From assembly GCA_030615175.1 (NCBI GenBank), contig JAUWZX010000005.1, positions 1 through 41,811 on the forward strand: a DNA stretch of 41,811 nucleotides, read 5' to 3'. Positions 28,176-37,390 of this stretch are shown piece after piece. The notes beneath the pieces were generated by a model, which had not been told where the DNA came from, searched no databases, and saw only the letters and a list, made by a program, of their open reading frames with translations. Position 1 is the first letter of the stretch. Each line of letters starts with the position of its first letter. Position numbers and translations under genes: made by a program. The DNA is from Candidatus Parvarchaeota archaeon. GTDB lineage: Archaea > Nanobdellota > Nanobdellia > WJKC01.

Positions 28176-28180
28176 TTCTT

Positions 28181-30178
28181 TTAAACACCACACTCATTCA
28201 CAACATCCGCTATGAACCCTTCCTTATCATCAGGGTTATCAAGGAATTCAGCGCATGCATTTACTAAATCACTTAATGAGGCATCACTCCACTCATTACC
28301 GCAGGCGACTCCAGCATAACTCTCATGAGTCACTTCATTTACATCAAACTGCGTCTTGCACTCTGTTAATAAATAATCATCATCCAAATTATTAAATGAC
28401 TTAATCAGGCGATACCTGCAGTACGGCTCCACGCTCCTGTGATACTGGTTAATGTTAAAGATTGAACCCTGAATATCAATGATGTACGTGCCTCCGTAAA
28501 ATTCAGGCGCTGACTCCAGATAATCACAAGGATTATACGAACCATACGCTCCTAATGGTTCAACAGTTACTTCATTATTAGTAATGCAGTTTATTTCTTC
28601 ACTATAATAACCGCACTGCTCCACTAACTCCATGCAAGGGCATGGAAGACTGCAAGCGCCTAACTCAAGTGAAACCGTAATTGGTGGTGGAACAATGCCT
28701 GATGAACTGTCAGGAATTCCTAAAGTCCTGAATGCTGCGTACTCCATTATTGCAAGGTCCGCGCAAGTTCCTCTCTTTTGAATCATGGTTTCCCATGCGG
28801 GCTGGCAGTCAGGGTCAGCGTCCCCTCCGCCACTAACCGCCCCGTACTTCTCAAATTCATAATTGCATGCATCATAAGGGCCATTATAACAAGTAAGATT
28901 AACTAAATCCATGCCAGTCCTTGGCATTAAAGTATAATTTACCGGGTCGAAACGTTCTTTTAAACTTCTTAAGTCAAGGCAGTTAATGTAACCGTAATTC
29001 TTTAAGCCAGGATTATTAAGGCAGAAACTATGCATGTTATAACCACCAATTAATCCTAAACTCTGAATCTCCACCTCATCATTGCAGTCACCTTTAAAGC
29101 AGTTATGCAGAAATTCCACTGCATCATCATAGTAATTAAGGAATGACACTGCAGTAGTCTCTTCATAAACAATGTCAGGACAGTTAAAGCATAATTGAGG
29201 CACTGAATACGCATCCAAAAACTTCGGGGCCCGCACAACCAGAGTCTTATAAGATGCTTCTGTTAAATCATAAAGGTATACTTCCTCTATTAATTCATAA
29301 TCCATAACAACCCAGCCAAGGTAATTATAATATGATAACTCAGAACTTTGTGAAACAACAAAAGGATGATTAAAGACTTCTCCTTCAATTGTCTTGCTTA
29401 TAATATCATCAATCACTTCTATGTGATTTGCTTCACAGCCATCATTCACTCCATCAACATCACTGCAATCCAGATTATTTTCGTCAAGGTAATTAATTAC
29501 TTCCTGATTTAACTTAAACACCAAATTATCAGATATTGCAGTCCTAATAGTTTCCGTAATATAATCATACTTGTACTTGCCGTACTCTAATGCCATCTGG
29601 ACAAAGTCAAGTAATTGATAATTGCACGAGAAATATAATGGCAGTCGTTCAATAACTGAGAAGTCAAGTCCTTCCTTTTTCTCGCAAAAACCCTTAACTT
29701 TATTGCACTTGAAAAGGCATAACTCTAATTCACTGCTAGAGCACGCCTCGCATTCATCAGGCAAGTCAAATAATCCATTATTATAATCTTCACAGCAGTT
29801 ACAGCACTCCTTGCATGAATCATCTGGTTCATCACAAACGCAGGCGCCGCAAGTGCAGGAACCACTAATTAAGTACTTCTCGCACTCAGGCGGCGGGCAG
29901 TTAGACTTGCAGTAAGCCGTACAGCACTCATCATCATCAATACATAACGTATCAGATATTCCATAATTCATTACCGCCACTTCCTCATCACTTAAGTCAG
30001 AGAGGCAGAAGTAAGCGCACGGAATCTCAAAATAAGAGATGTCAGGAATGAACACACTGATTGTGTCAAGAACATCCTCAGTCATCGGTGCAGTGAAATT
30101 AGAAACCGCTGTTGCCACGATAATAATTACTATAAGTACTATAATCAGTTTTAATATTGAAGCTGTAGCAAACCTCAA
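28181..30178 (-). CDS. Pilin-like membrane-anchored protein with transglutaminase-like Cys motif (paralog of 26490-28175)
   Basis: N-terminal TM; PAWETMIQKRGTCADLAIMEYAAFRTLGIP; shared CxLPCPC and PEFxG blocks. Confidence 0.75.
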   Translation of the reverse strand: MRFATASILKLIIVLIVIIIVATAVSNFTAPMTEDVLDTISVFIPDISYFEIPCAYFCLSDLSDEEVAVMNYGISDTLCIDDDECCTAYCKSNCPPPECEKYLISGSCTCGACVCDEPDDSCKECCNCCEDYNNGLFDLPDECEACSSSELELCLFKCNKVKGFCEKKEGLDFSVIERLPLYFSCNYQLLDFVQMALEYGKYKYDYITETIRTAISDNLVFKLNQEVINYLDENNLDCSDVDGVNDGCEANHIEVIDDIISKTIEGEVFNHPFVVSQSSELSYYNYLGWVVMDYELIEEVYLYDLTEASYKTLVVRAPKFLDAYSVPQLCFNCPDIVYEETTAVSFLNYYDDAVEFLHNCFKGDCNDEVEIQSLGLIGGYNMHSFCLNNPGLKNYGYINCLDLRSLKERFDPVNYTLMPRTGMDLVNLTCYNGPYDACNYEFEKYGAVSGGGDADPDCQPAWETMIQKRGTCADLAIMEYAAFRTLGIPDSSSGIVPPPITVSLELGACSLPCPCMELVEQCGYYSEEINCITNNEVTVEPLGAYGSYNPCDYLESAPEFYGGTYIIDIQGSIFNINQYHRSVEPYCRYRLIKSFNNLDDDYLLTECKTQFDVNEVTHESYAGVACGNEWSDASLSDLVNACAEFLDNPDDKEGFIADVVNECGV

Positions 30179-30181
30179 GAC

Positions 30182-30313
30182 CTAAAACCTCAATACGTTA
30201 ATTGATTCATTAACTCCTGATTCCAGATAACCAGCTATTGTTATTGCTAATAATATTAAAATCAATAACACAATAACTGTTATTACTGCAATTGCAATCG
30301 TCTTAAATTCCAT
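30182..30313 (-). CDS. Small pilin-like protein (43 aa), not in ORF track
   Basis: MEFKTIAIAVITVIVLLILILLAITIAGYLESGVNESINVLRF*. Confidence 0.7.
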   Translation of the reverse strand: MEFKTIAIAVITVIVLLILILLAITIAGYLESGVNESINVLRF

Positions 30314-31180
30314 TTAAGTAACCACCGCCGTTGATACATCATAAGTGCAAAGTATTAACTGGTCAGCAGAAGCGGAAGCAGAGACAGTGTAGCACAGCGT
30401 CTCAGTAGACGTCTTGACTCTTGAAATTGCCTGGAAGAACTGGTCAATATAGTATAATCCTACCACGTACTTCCGCTTTTTCCCGTCACAAATCATATTA
30501 TAACCAAGAATCCCTCTGAACCCGAGAAAAGGATTCTCAGCGCCTAATAAGTCAGAATACCTTTTCTGAATATCACCAATGCTATAAAAATGAGTGTCAG
30601 CATACCTGTTAAGGAATACCTGGTCAATGATTATTGAACCACCAGACTCTGTTAGTGAATCATAAATATCCTCATACTCTTCATACATATTCTTAATCCA
30701 CTGAGGGTAAACGCCATCACTTAATGAATCACACTTTAAGTCAATTGTTTGCTCAAAACAAGTGAATTGATTGCCTCCCTCGTACATCACTAACGGGTCC
30801 CACCGGCCCTCCCCGAACACATCCCAGCACCTGATGGATTCATCCATTACTTTCCTGGTCAGAACGTCAAGCGTGACGTAATCAGTGTAATCAACTGCGG
30901 GTCCAGGATAACAGGCAAGAGGGACAGACATTAAACTAACTGCTGCACCGCCAAACCCTCCAGTAAGTGTTCCAACAGCACCTAAAAGCGTCTCAACCAC
31001 GGGGTTGCCGAGCGTGGCAGCCCTGAAGAACACGTTAATCTTGCAGATTGAGTCAGAAAGCCCTCCAGTAATTATTGGATAAAAAGAGAACACGAGTGAC
31101 AAGACGATGAACGCGACTACTGCAAATAATATTACCATCACTATTGAATTAAATCCTAATTCAGTGCCTCTTCGATTCAT
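30314..31180 (-). CDS. Pilin-like protein, class III signal peptide
   Basis: MNRRG|TELGFNSIVMVILFAVV; ICK...VPLAC...RCWDVFGEG motif; Gly-rich segment LGAVGTLTGGFGGAA. Confidence 0.8.
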   Translation of the reverse strand: MNRRGTELGFNSIVMVILFAVVAFIVLSLVFSFYPIITGGLSDSICKINVFFRAATLGNPVVETLLGAVGTLTGGFGGAAVSLMSVPLACYPGPAVDYTDYVTLDVLTRKVMDESIRCWDVFGEGRWDPLVMYEGGNQFTCFEQTIDLKCDSLSDGVYPQWIKNMYEEYEDIYDSLTESGGSIIIDQVFLNRYADTHFYSIGDIQKRYSDLLGAENPFLGFRGILGYNMICDGKKRKYVVGLYYIDQFFQAISRVKTSTETLCYTVSASASADQLILCTYDVSTAVVT

Positions 31181-31332
31181 CCAATAACACTCCTCTTGCC
31201 GAAAATACTGCCTGCTTCAACAGCAGGATTAACTATTAAAATGAATAGTAAAGTAAGTATTATTATAATTACTACTGCAAGTATTGCAATAACTATCTCC
31301 TTAAAACCTAACTCAATTGCTCCAAGCCTCAC
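31177..31332 (-). CDS. Small pilin (51 aa), not in ORF track
   Basis: GTG start: MRLG|AIELGFKEIVIAILAVVIIIILTLLFILIV...; ATGA overlap with the next gene. Confidence 0.75.
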   Translation of the reverse strand: MRLGAIELGFKEIVIAILAVVIIIILTLLFILIVNPAVEAGSIFGKRSVIG

Positions 31333-31365
31333 TATTAATAATTAACTAGCTCTTCAAATAAATAA

Positions 31366-31503
31366 TTATATGATAAAAGGAATGTTTATTTGAGAACCTG
31401 CCTGGTAAGTAAAAGTAAGGATGAATATTAAAATAATAATGAATATTGCTATGACTACGAGTAATAATCCTAATACTGAACCCCATTTAATGTCAAGCAC
31501 CAT
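31366..31503 (-). CDS. Small pilin-like TM protein (45 aa), not in ORF track
   Basis: MVLDIKWGSVLGLLLVVIAIFIIILIFILTFTYQAGSQINIPFII*. Confidence 0.65.
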   Translation of the reverse strand: MVLDIKWGSVLGLLLVVIAIFIIILIFILTFTYQAGSQINIPFII

Positions 31504-31506
31504 TTT

Positions 31507-33612
31507 TTAACCAAACACTAATCCTGCCTCCACAGCAACTCTTGCAATGCCAGTGAACACGGTAGTGACGGCGAAAGTCACTATTACATAAATGATTAAA
31601 CCAATTGGAAGCATTCTTGAAATAAGGTCAAATTTGAATAAAGGGTCGCCTGCTAACTCTATATCACCATCAATCATTGATAATAAAATGATTATTTCAA
31701 CAACGTAAATGCCAACAACTGGCTGGAAAATAAATAATGGGATTGCTTTACTAACCTGGAATATCCCAAGAATCCATGTGCCAGCACCCATGCCAAAAGC
31801 CGCTCCTCCTTCATCAGCCATCATGCCCACAACCTGCGTGCCTAATATGTCAAGGATTATTAATATCATGGCTGTTAATCCAACAACGAGTCCTGAAATT
31901 ACTGGCGCTAAAAAACTTGACTGGAACTTCATGCTTGAAAGAGTTTCAGACAATATATCCCTGACTTTTTCATCAATCCTGTGAATATCCCTTAAGTAAT
32001 TACTCATGTTAACAAGACTTATTGCTGCAACGTCAAGGCTTTTCTTAGCACTCATGACTGCAACGTTTAAAATACTCTTAACAATTGCTGAAGGATAAAA
32101 ACGAATCGCGCCAATCTTAGGGTCAAAGATTGCTGATTCAACATCCATTCCTAATTCATTAATATTCTTGCTTATCTCGCCGAACAACCTGGAAGTTGCT
32201 GACTCACCCATAATACTGGCAACCTTTGTAAGAGCTATTTCTAAAGGGTAACCTTCACCAAGCCTGTTACCTAACTGGAAGGTTGCGTCAGCGAACTCGC
32301 GCTCAATCTCCTGCAACTCCTTTCTAATCTTCATCCTTGAAGTAGCAAGTAATTTGCCGTAAATAATCATTGCAGCAGCCGGCGCTGCAACAATTAACAG
32401 TGTTGCGTAAATATCCATTTCCTGAGGCTTTATTGAAGCATACATTGGAAAGTAAAAGAACATTGGGAGCAGTAATAAGAACGCGACTATTGCTGCAGGA
32501 ATCCATGCTGAGTAAGCCTTCCTGCCTTCCCCTTTACCCATGAAGAACTTGCCTTTCGGCGGCACGTCAGGATGAATACTGATATCCGGTATCGGGAAGC
32601 CTGCAGGCCTCTTAGCCAGCGAGTACTTGGCGAACACGAAAACAGCTATTGGCAGTATAACATCATAAAGCACTATTAATGCTAATGGATTAACAATATC
32701 ACTTAGGAAAGCACCCATTATAGGGAACATGACTAATCCAAGAACTGGAAGCATTATGCCCATCATGTAAAGCATGTTGATAGGAGTCCTTAAAGCATTA
32801 GCGTACCTAATCATCTGCTCATAAGTCCCTTCAAGAGATAAATCTAATGATTTATTAAGCATCCTAATCCTTGCATCCTCACTCCCCTGGTAAAGACTTG
32901 CTTCAATTAAGTGCACTGCGTCAACAAATACTGGCGAAGTTTCCTTCCAGTTCAACACATAACTATCCAATGCTTCCTTCATGCTTGCATACTTGCGTGA
33001 CTGAACATCCCATAATAACTTCTTAAAGTCATTGCCCAGCGCTGTCTCCAAGTTATCAGCAACGAATTTAACAGCTGCCTCTAAATTACTCGTTGTGCGC
33101 ATGAAGATAACCATGTAAAGTATTGACAGTATTAATTCTGAAGAGGCGCGGGCTCTTCTAATATCAAGCATCCTGTCAGGGTAATTTGTTATGTACATGA
33201 ACGCGCCGAACCCTGCCACTGCCAGCAATAGTCCTCCAGGACCAACGAATAAGAATGCAATAACACCCATTATTAGGAAAAGTATTATTGCCATTATGCC
33301 AAGCGAATAAATATCCGCTGGCTCAACATCTAGTCCAAGCAATCTTATCTTTACTTCTAATTTATCCTTTGTCTTCTGGTCAAGAGCGAATTTAATGCCA
33401 AGACTTCTTGACCATTTAGCGAGTTTCTCAAACCATTCTCCTCCTGCCGTTTTTTCTTTTTCAAAAATCTTAAACTCCCTTGAACGCGCAATTATTTCCT
33501 TTTTCTGCGCTTCTATGCCTGCACCGGTTTCAGGCTTCTTCTCCTTAACTCTATCCTTTAAGTATTTCTCCTTTAACTCCCTCTCTATCTGCGCTTTAGT
33601 TTTCTTTGCCAC
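31507..33612 (-). CDS. TadC/GspF-like type IV pilus platform membrane protein with two cytoplasmic domains
   Basis: Polytopic 701-aa protein; MRTTSNLEAAVKF and QLGNRLGEGYPLEIAL domains; overlaps the ATPase gene. Confidence 0.88.
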   Translation of the reverse strand: MAKKTKAQIERELKEKYLKDRVKEKKPETGAGIEAQKKEIIARSREFKIFEKEKTAGGEWFEKLAKWSRSLGIKFALDQKTKDKLEVKIRLLGLDVEPADIYSLGIMAIILFLIMGVIAFLFVGPGGLLLAVAGFGAFMYITNYPDRMLDIRRARASSELILSILYMVIFMRTTSNLEAAVKFVADNLETALGNDFKKLLWDVQSRKYASMKEALDSYVLNWKETSPVFVDAVHLIEASLYQGSEDARIRMLNKSLDLSLEGTYEQMIRYANALRTPINMLYMMGIMLPVLGLVMFPIMGAFLSDIVNPLALIVLYDVILPIAVFVFAKYSLAKRPAGFPIPDISIHPDVPPKGKFFMGKGEGRKAYSAWIPAAIVAFLLLLPMFFYFPMYASIKPQEMDIYATLLIVAAPAAAMIIYGKLLATSRMKIRKELQEIEREFADATFQLGNRLGEGYPLEIALTKVASIMGESATSRLFGEISKNINELGMDVESAIFDPKIGAIRFYPSAIVKSILNVAVMSAKKSLDVAAISLVNMSNYLRDIHRIDEKVRDILSETLSSMKFQSSFLAPVISGLVVGLTAMILIILDILGTQVVGMMADEGGAAFGMGAGTWILGIFQVSKAIPLFIFQPVVGIYVVEIIILLSMIDGDIELAGDPLFKFDLISRMLPIGLIIYVIVTFAVTTVFTGIARVAVEAGLVFG

Positions 33613-36600
33613 TTAAATCCATCTCCTTCCTGAACACCTTAACCTTTTCTTTAAGCCATGCCTCATATAATCTTAGAACATCCTTTGTTTCAGGGTAGCC
33701 CATCTCGCTTGATAACCTGTCAAATATTTTATGGAAAGCATCATTTGCTTCAACCATGAAGTCAGCCTCGTACAACTCCATCACTCCTGACTTCTCAGCG
33801 TAATCCTTAATTAATTCCTTTGTCCTAGTCCTTAAATTAATGTTCTCCCAGACAGCATCCCAGTTACCAGCCCATTCCCTGACCCTGCCGGCAATGCTTT
33901 TCAGCACTTCACTCTCGCCTTCAAGCAAGTCCCTCGTAGGCACTAATTTATTTGATTTAGAGTCATAAGTCATTAGAGTTACGAAACCATGCTCCCTTAC
34001 AGGATCCTCCTCCCAGTCTTTCCTTATTTCTGTTATATCAACTAATTTCCTGACTTCCCTTAAACCTGAAGGGTCTCTTATCTTGTTTGCAATCATTATT
34101 ATATCAGTTGCCTTAAAACTAGTTCTTGGAACTTCCAAGTCATTAACAACTCTGTCAAACACTCCGTAAGCACTGTCACCGTGAATAGTTCCTGCAACAA
34201 CGTTTGCCAGGGCGCCGACCCTCATTGCCTCATATAATGCTTTTGCTTCAGTGGACCTAATTTCACCCATTATCAGGCTTGAATCGCCAAGACGCAGTGA
34301 AGTCCTTATGCCGTCAGCTGCTGATAACTCACTTTTGCTTCCAACAATAGCGCTTCTAACCTTCATTGATACAATGTTGTAACCAATATTGCGCATGTAA
34401 TTAATAGGTAATTCAAGAGTGTCTTCTATAACGATTATCCTGTAACGCCTCATTATCTCTATAAGTAAGGATTGCAGTAATGAAGTGTTATGCACTACAA
34501 TATTATTTGCTATGAAATTATGCGTGCCTTCAACCTCTAAGTCATAAACGTAACCTTCATCATTAATTACTCTATCAACACTGACTACTTCATCAAAGAA
34601 TACTTCCGAGCCTGCTAGTATCCTAAGGTTTTCAATAATAGTTTTAAATCTTGATAATTCATTTGATTTGAGACTATTTAATTCAATAATTCTCCTTTCA
34701 AAAGTATTAAGTATTTCTTTTAATTTTTTCTTGCTTGGATTACATATTCCTTCAAAATCACCCTTCAAGTTCTTCATGAATAATCCTTTATATAATTCTT
34801 TTAAGGGCTTGCTGATATTAGGGATTACTTTAACATTCTTCACTTCATGACTGAAACCTGTTTTTTCATAGTAATTCCTTAATGAATCATCACTATTAGT
34901 GAACATTAATTTGCTTTTATTAACGTGGCTATCACTAATGAAGTCCATAAACTCAGGCATCTTAACAGGCCGGGACAAGTGTACTTTTAATAAAGTATTT
35001 TTATTAATACAAGCATAATTAAACCCTGATTTCTCATTAGTAACAGCATTAATTAATTTCATCCTGCGCTTGTATTTCTCAAGCAAGTTTAAAGGAGTTC
35101 TTAATATTTCAGGAACAGTTATGAAATCCTTTTTCTTTATTTGCTCTGCAAAAACTTCAGTTAACACTCCATTTTTTATGGTATAAAACGGGTGTTCAGG
35201 CGTGACTCTCACTTTCCTTCCTGAACGAGTCATAACTTCAATAACATCTGTTAAATATTTTCTTTTATAAACTGCTTTTACTTCCTTTTCTTCAAAACAC
35301 AAGTTCCCAGTATTCATTGTTAAAACTTTTATTGGTTTCTCAGGGACTCCTATAAAACCATCATCTGTTCTTTCACTATTAATTAATAACACGTTATCCA
35401 CCAGTTCTTTTATTGGCTTAAGTGAACCGCCAGCAAGCTGCACTAATGAATCCCCTGTCAAGCACTTCCCTGAACCTCTGGTGCCTGCCACAAGCATTGG
35501 ACGCGCGCCGTCAATCAGGAAACTAATTAAGCCAGCTGATAAAGGCGTTATCATCCCAACCTTCATGAATAACGGCAGAGTCCAGGGCCTTTCCCTGTGC
35601 CTCCTGAAAGTGAATGCCAGACCTGTAGGGCTTAAAGGCTTCTGTATTACTGCAACCCTTGCCCTGGCTTTTTTAGTTTCTAATTCAGTGTCAAGGACTG
35701 GATTAGCCTCGTCTAAAGCTCTTCCAGAAAGCATTCTGAACCTTGAAGCCCAGGCTTTTGCCTCCTTAATATTTGGATAAATATTTGTCTCGCACTCTCC
35801 GTGAATCGAGTGCTTGAAGATTATTGGCGTACTGCCTACAGGCGCGTTAACGTAAATATCTTCCACTTTTTCATCCTCTAATAACACTTCTATTAAACCG
35901 AAGCCGACTGTAAGCCTCATTAATATTCTTGCAAGTTTTTCAATTTTCTTATAGGACATCTTTATTTCATTATTGCGCGCTAACTCCTCAACCAAGTCCT
36001 TACCGATATTAAAGAATACTTCCCTCATACGCGTAGGGTTTACGAATTCCTCCCTTCTGGGCTTGAATTTAACCATTATCTGTCTTGCCTCGTCAAGTAA
36101 TGTATAATCATTCTCGTCAAGTTTAAATTCCGGCGGCACTATGTGATACACATACCTTATCTTATCAGGTAATTCGTATACGACTACATCATTCTCCCCC
36201 ACCCTATACGAGTCAATCTCCTCAGCCCTCATCGGCGGCTCTGATATCAGTCTCGTGTACATGAAGTTAGGTTTGATTATTGGCTCAAAAACCACTGTGT
36301 ATAATTCCCTGTCACCTACTTTATAGCCTGGAAGTTTATCCTTAATCAATCTTATTATTTTTAATCCTGCAATATCCTTCACAATGTCTTCAATTATTGC
36401 TGCATACTCAGTTACGCATTTCCTCTCACTCTCACCTTCAGTTATCTTAAGCCTTGACCTTATCGTCCTATAATGCCTTAAAGCAATTAAGTAAGCGCCT
36501 ATTGGGTCGCTTTTCAGGGTGTTAATTATTTCTCTTACCTTCACAACGTAGTCAGGAATTACTTTTCTGCACTTCTCGCTTATTAATTCTATTGACAGCA

Positions 36601-36874
36601 CTTTCTTTTCCTTAACCAGTTTAATGAATAGTGATGCAAGTTCATTCATTAATTTAGCCTGCGTTAAAGGGTAAATATAATTCCTCTCAGCCTCGAATAT
36701 TATTGTCGTTACTGAACCAGTTTCCATTAACTTGTTAACAGTGTCATCCATGCATAAAGGATTGTTCTCAATGCTTGGATAACTAGTAGGGTCTTTCCAC
36801 TTTATTATTAGGTTAACCTCTGTCCCTTCCCTTTCAATTTCATAGTTCTTTTCTTTTTTAGGGTCCTCAGGCAT
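33596..36874 (-). CDS. VirB11/CpaF-family type II/IV secretion (pilus assembly) ATPase with intein
   Basis: Walker A AGTRGSGK|T split by the intein; IEDTLEL Asp box; LRLGDSSLIMGEIR Walker B; GTIHG His box; GGAGGGG SD. Confidence 0.95.
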   Translation of the reverse strand: MPEDPKKEKNYEIEREGTEVNLIIKWKDPTSYPSIENNPLCMDDTVNKLMETGSVTTIIFEAERNYIYPLTQAKLMNELASLFIKLVKEKKVLSIELISEKCRKVIPDYVVKVREIINTLKSDPIGAYLIALRHYRTIRSRLKITEGESERKCVTEYAAIIEDIVKDIAGLKIIRLIKDKLPGYKVGDRELYTVVFEPIIKPNFMYTRLISEPPMRAEEIDSYRVGENDVVVYELPDKIRYVYHIVPPEFKLDENDYTLLDEARQIMVKFKPRREEFVNPTRMREVFFNIGKDLVEELARNNEIKMSYKKIEKLARILMRLTVGFGLIEVLLEDEKVEDIYVNAPVGSTPIIFKHSIHGECETNIYPNIKEAKAWASRFRMLSGRALDEANPVLDTELETKKARARVAVIQKPLSPTGLAFTFRRHRERPWTLPLFMKVGMITPLSAGLISFLIDGARPMLVAGTRGSGKCLTGDSLVQLAGGSLKPIKELVDNVLLINSERTDDGFIGVPEKPIKVLTMNTGNLCFEEKEVKAVYKRKYLTDVIEVMTRSGRKVRVTPEHPFYTIKNGVLTEVFAEQIKKKDFITVPEILRTPLNLLEKYKRRMKLINAVTNEKSGFNYACINKNTLLKVHLSRPVKMPEFMDFISDSHVNKSKLMFTNSDDSLRNYYEKTGFSHEVKNVKVIPNISKPLKELYKGLFMKNLKGDFEGICNPSKKKLKEILNTFERRIIELNSLKSNELSRFKTIIENLRILAGSEVFFDEVVSVDRVINDEGYVYDLEVEGTHNFIANNIVVHNTSLLQSLLIEIMRRYRIIVIEDTLELPINYMRNIGYNIVSMKVRSAIVGSKSELSAADGIRTSLRLGDSSLIMGEIRSTEAKALYEAMRVGALANVVAGTIHGDSAYGVFDRVVNDLEVPRTSFKATDIIMIANKIRDPSGLREVRKLVDITEIRKDWEEDPVREHGFVTLMTYDSKSNKLVPTRDLLEGESEVLKSIAGRVREWAGNWDAVWENINLRTRTKELIKDYAEKSGVMELYEADFMVEANDAFHKIFDRLSSEMGYPETKDVLRLYEAWLKEKVKVFRKEMDLSGKEN
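34487..35464 (-). mobile_element. Intein (326 aa) inserted in the P-loop, with degenerate homing endonuclease
   Basis: Block A CLTGDS, block B VTPEHPF, blocks F/G VYDLEVEGTHNFIANNIVVHN followed by Thr(+1); visibly more AT-rich than the exteins. Confidence 0.95.
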
Positions 36875-36964
36875 TGATTATTACCCCTCCAAAATCCTTA
36901 TATTTATTTAGTGCTTCATACTTTTTAAGTATTTAATAGGATAAATATTTTAAGGTGAGTTAAA

Positions 36965-37390
36965 ATCCCGAATGCGAAAGAACAGGAAGCCCCTAAGAAG
37001 AAAACAACTAAGGAGCAGGAGTTAGAATTAATTAAGGAATTAATTAGTAACGTTGCAAGGATTAATGACCGTTTAAGAATTATTGAAGAAAGAGTTCACA
37101 GGAATCGTGAGAAGATAAGAGTTGTTGATGAAAACTTAATCATTAAAGTTAATTACTTAAAAAATTCAACAAAGAATACTAATCTTAAAGCCATTGAGTT
37201 AAACAAGAAGGTTGAGGAAATCACTGATTCTCTTCAGAGAATGCTTAAAACTCTTGCTGAAACCGCAAGGATTTCTGATTTAGCAGTTATCGAGAAAGTA
37301 CTGGACTTATTTGACCCCACAAGATATTTAACTGAAAAAGATGTATTAAAAGTTATTAATAAAGAGTTAGGAACAAGGAGTGTTAAGTGA
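36965..37390 (+). CDS. Coiled-coil protein (141 aa) missed by the ORF track; apparent ATC start
   Basis: 426-nt open frame after AGGTGA SD: PNAKEQE...NDRLRIIEER...IEKVLDLFDPTRYLTEKDV; abuts ATG 37391. Confidence 0.8.
   Translation: MPNAKEQEAPKKKTTKEQELELIKELISNVARINDRLRIIEERVHRNREKIRVVDENLIIKVNYLKNSTKNTNLKAIELNKKVEEITDSLQRMLKTLAETARISDLAVIEKVLDLFDPTRYLTEKDVLKVINKELGTRSVK

Noticed and set aside
31507..36874. Archaellum (FlaI/FlaJ) operon
   Set aside because: No FlaH/ArlH, ArlF/G or archaellin-type N-termini; the pilin repertoire fits a non-archaellum pilus.
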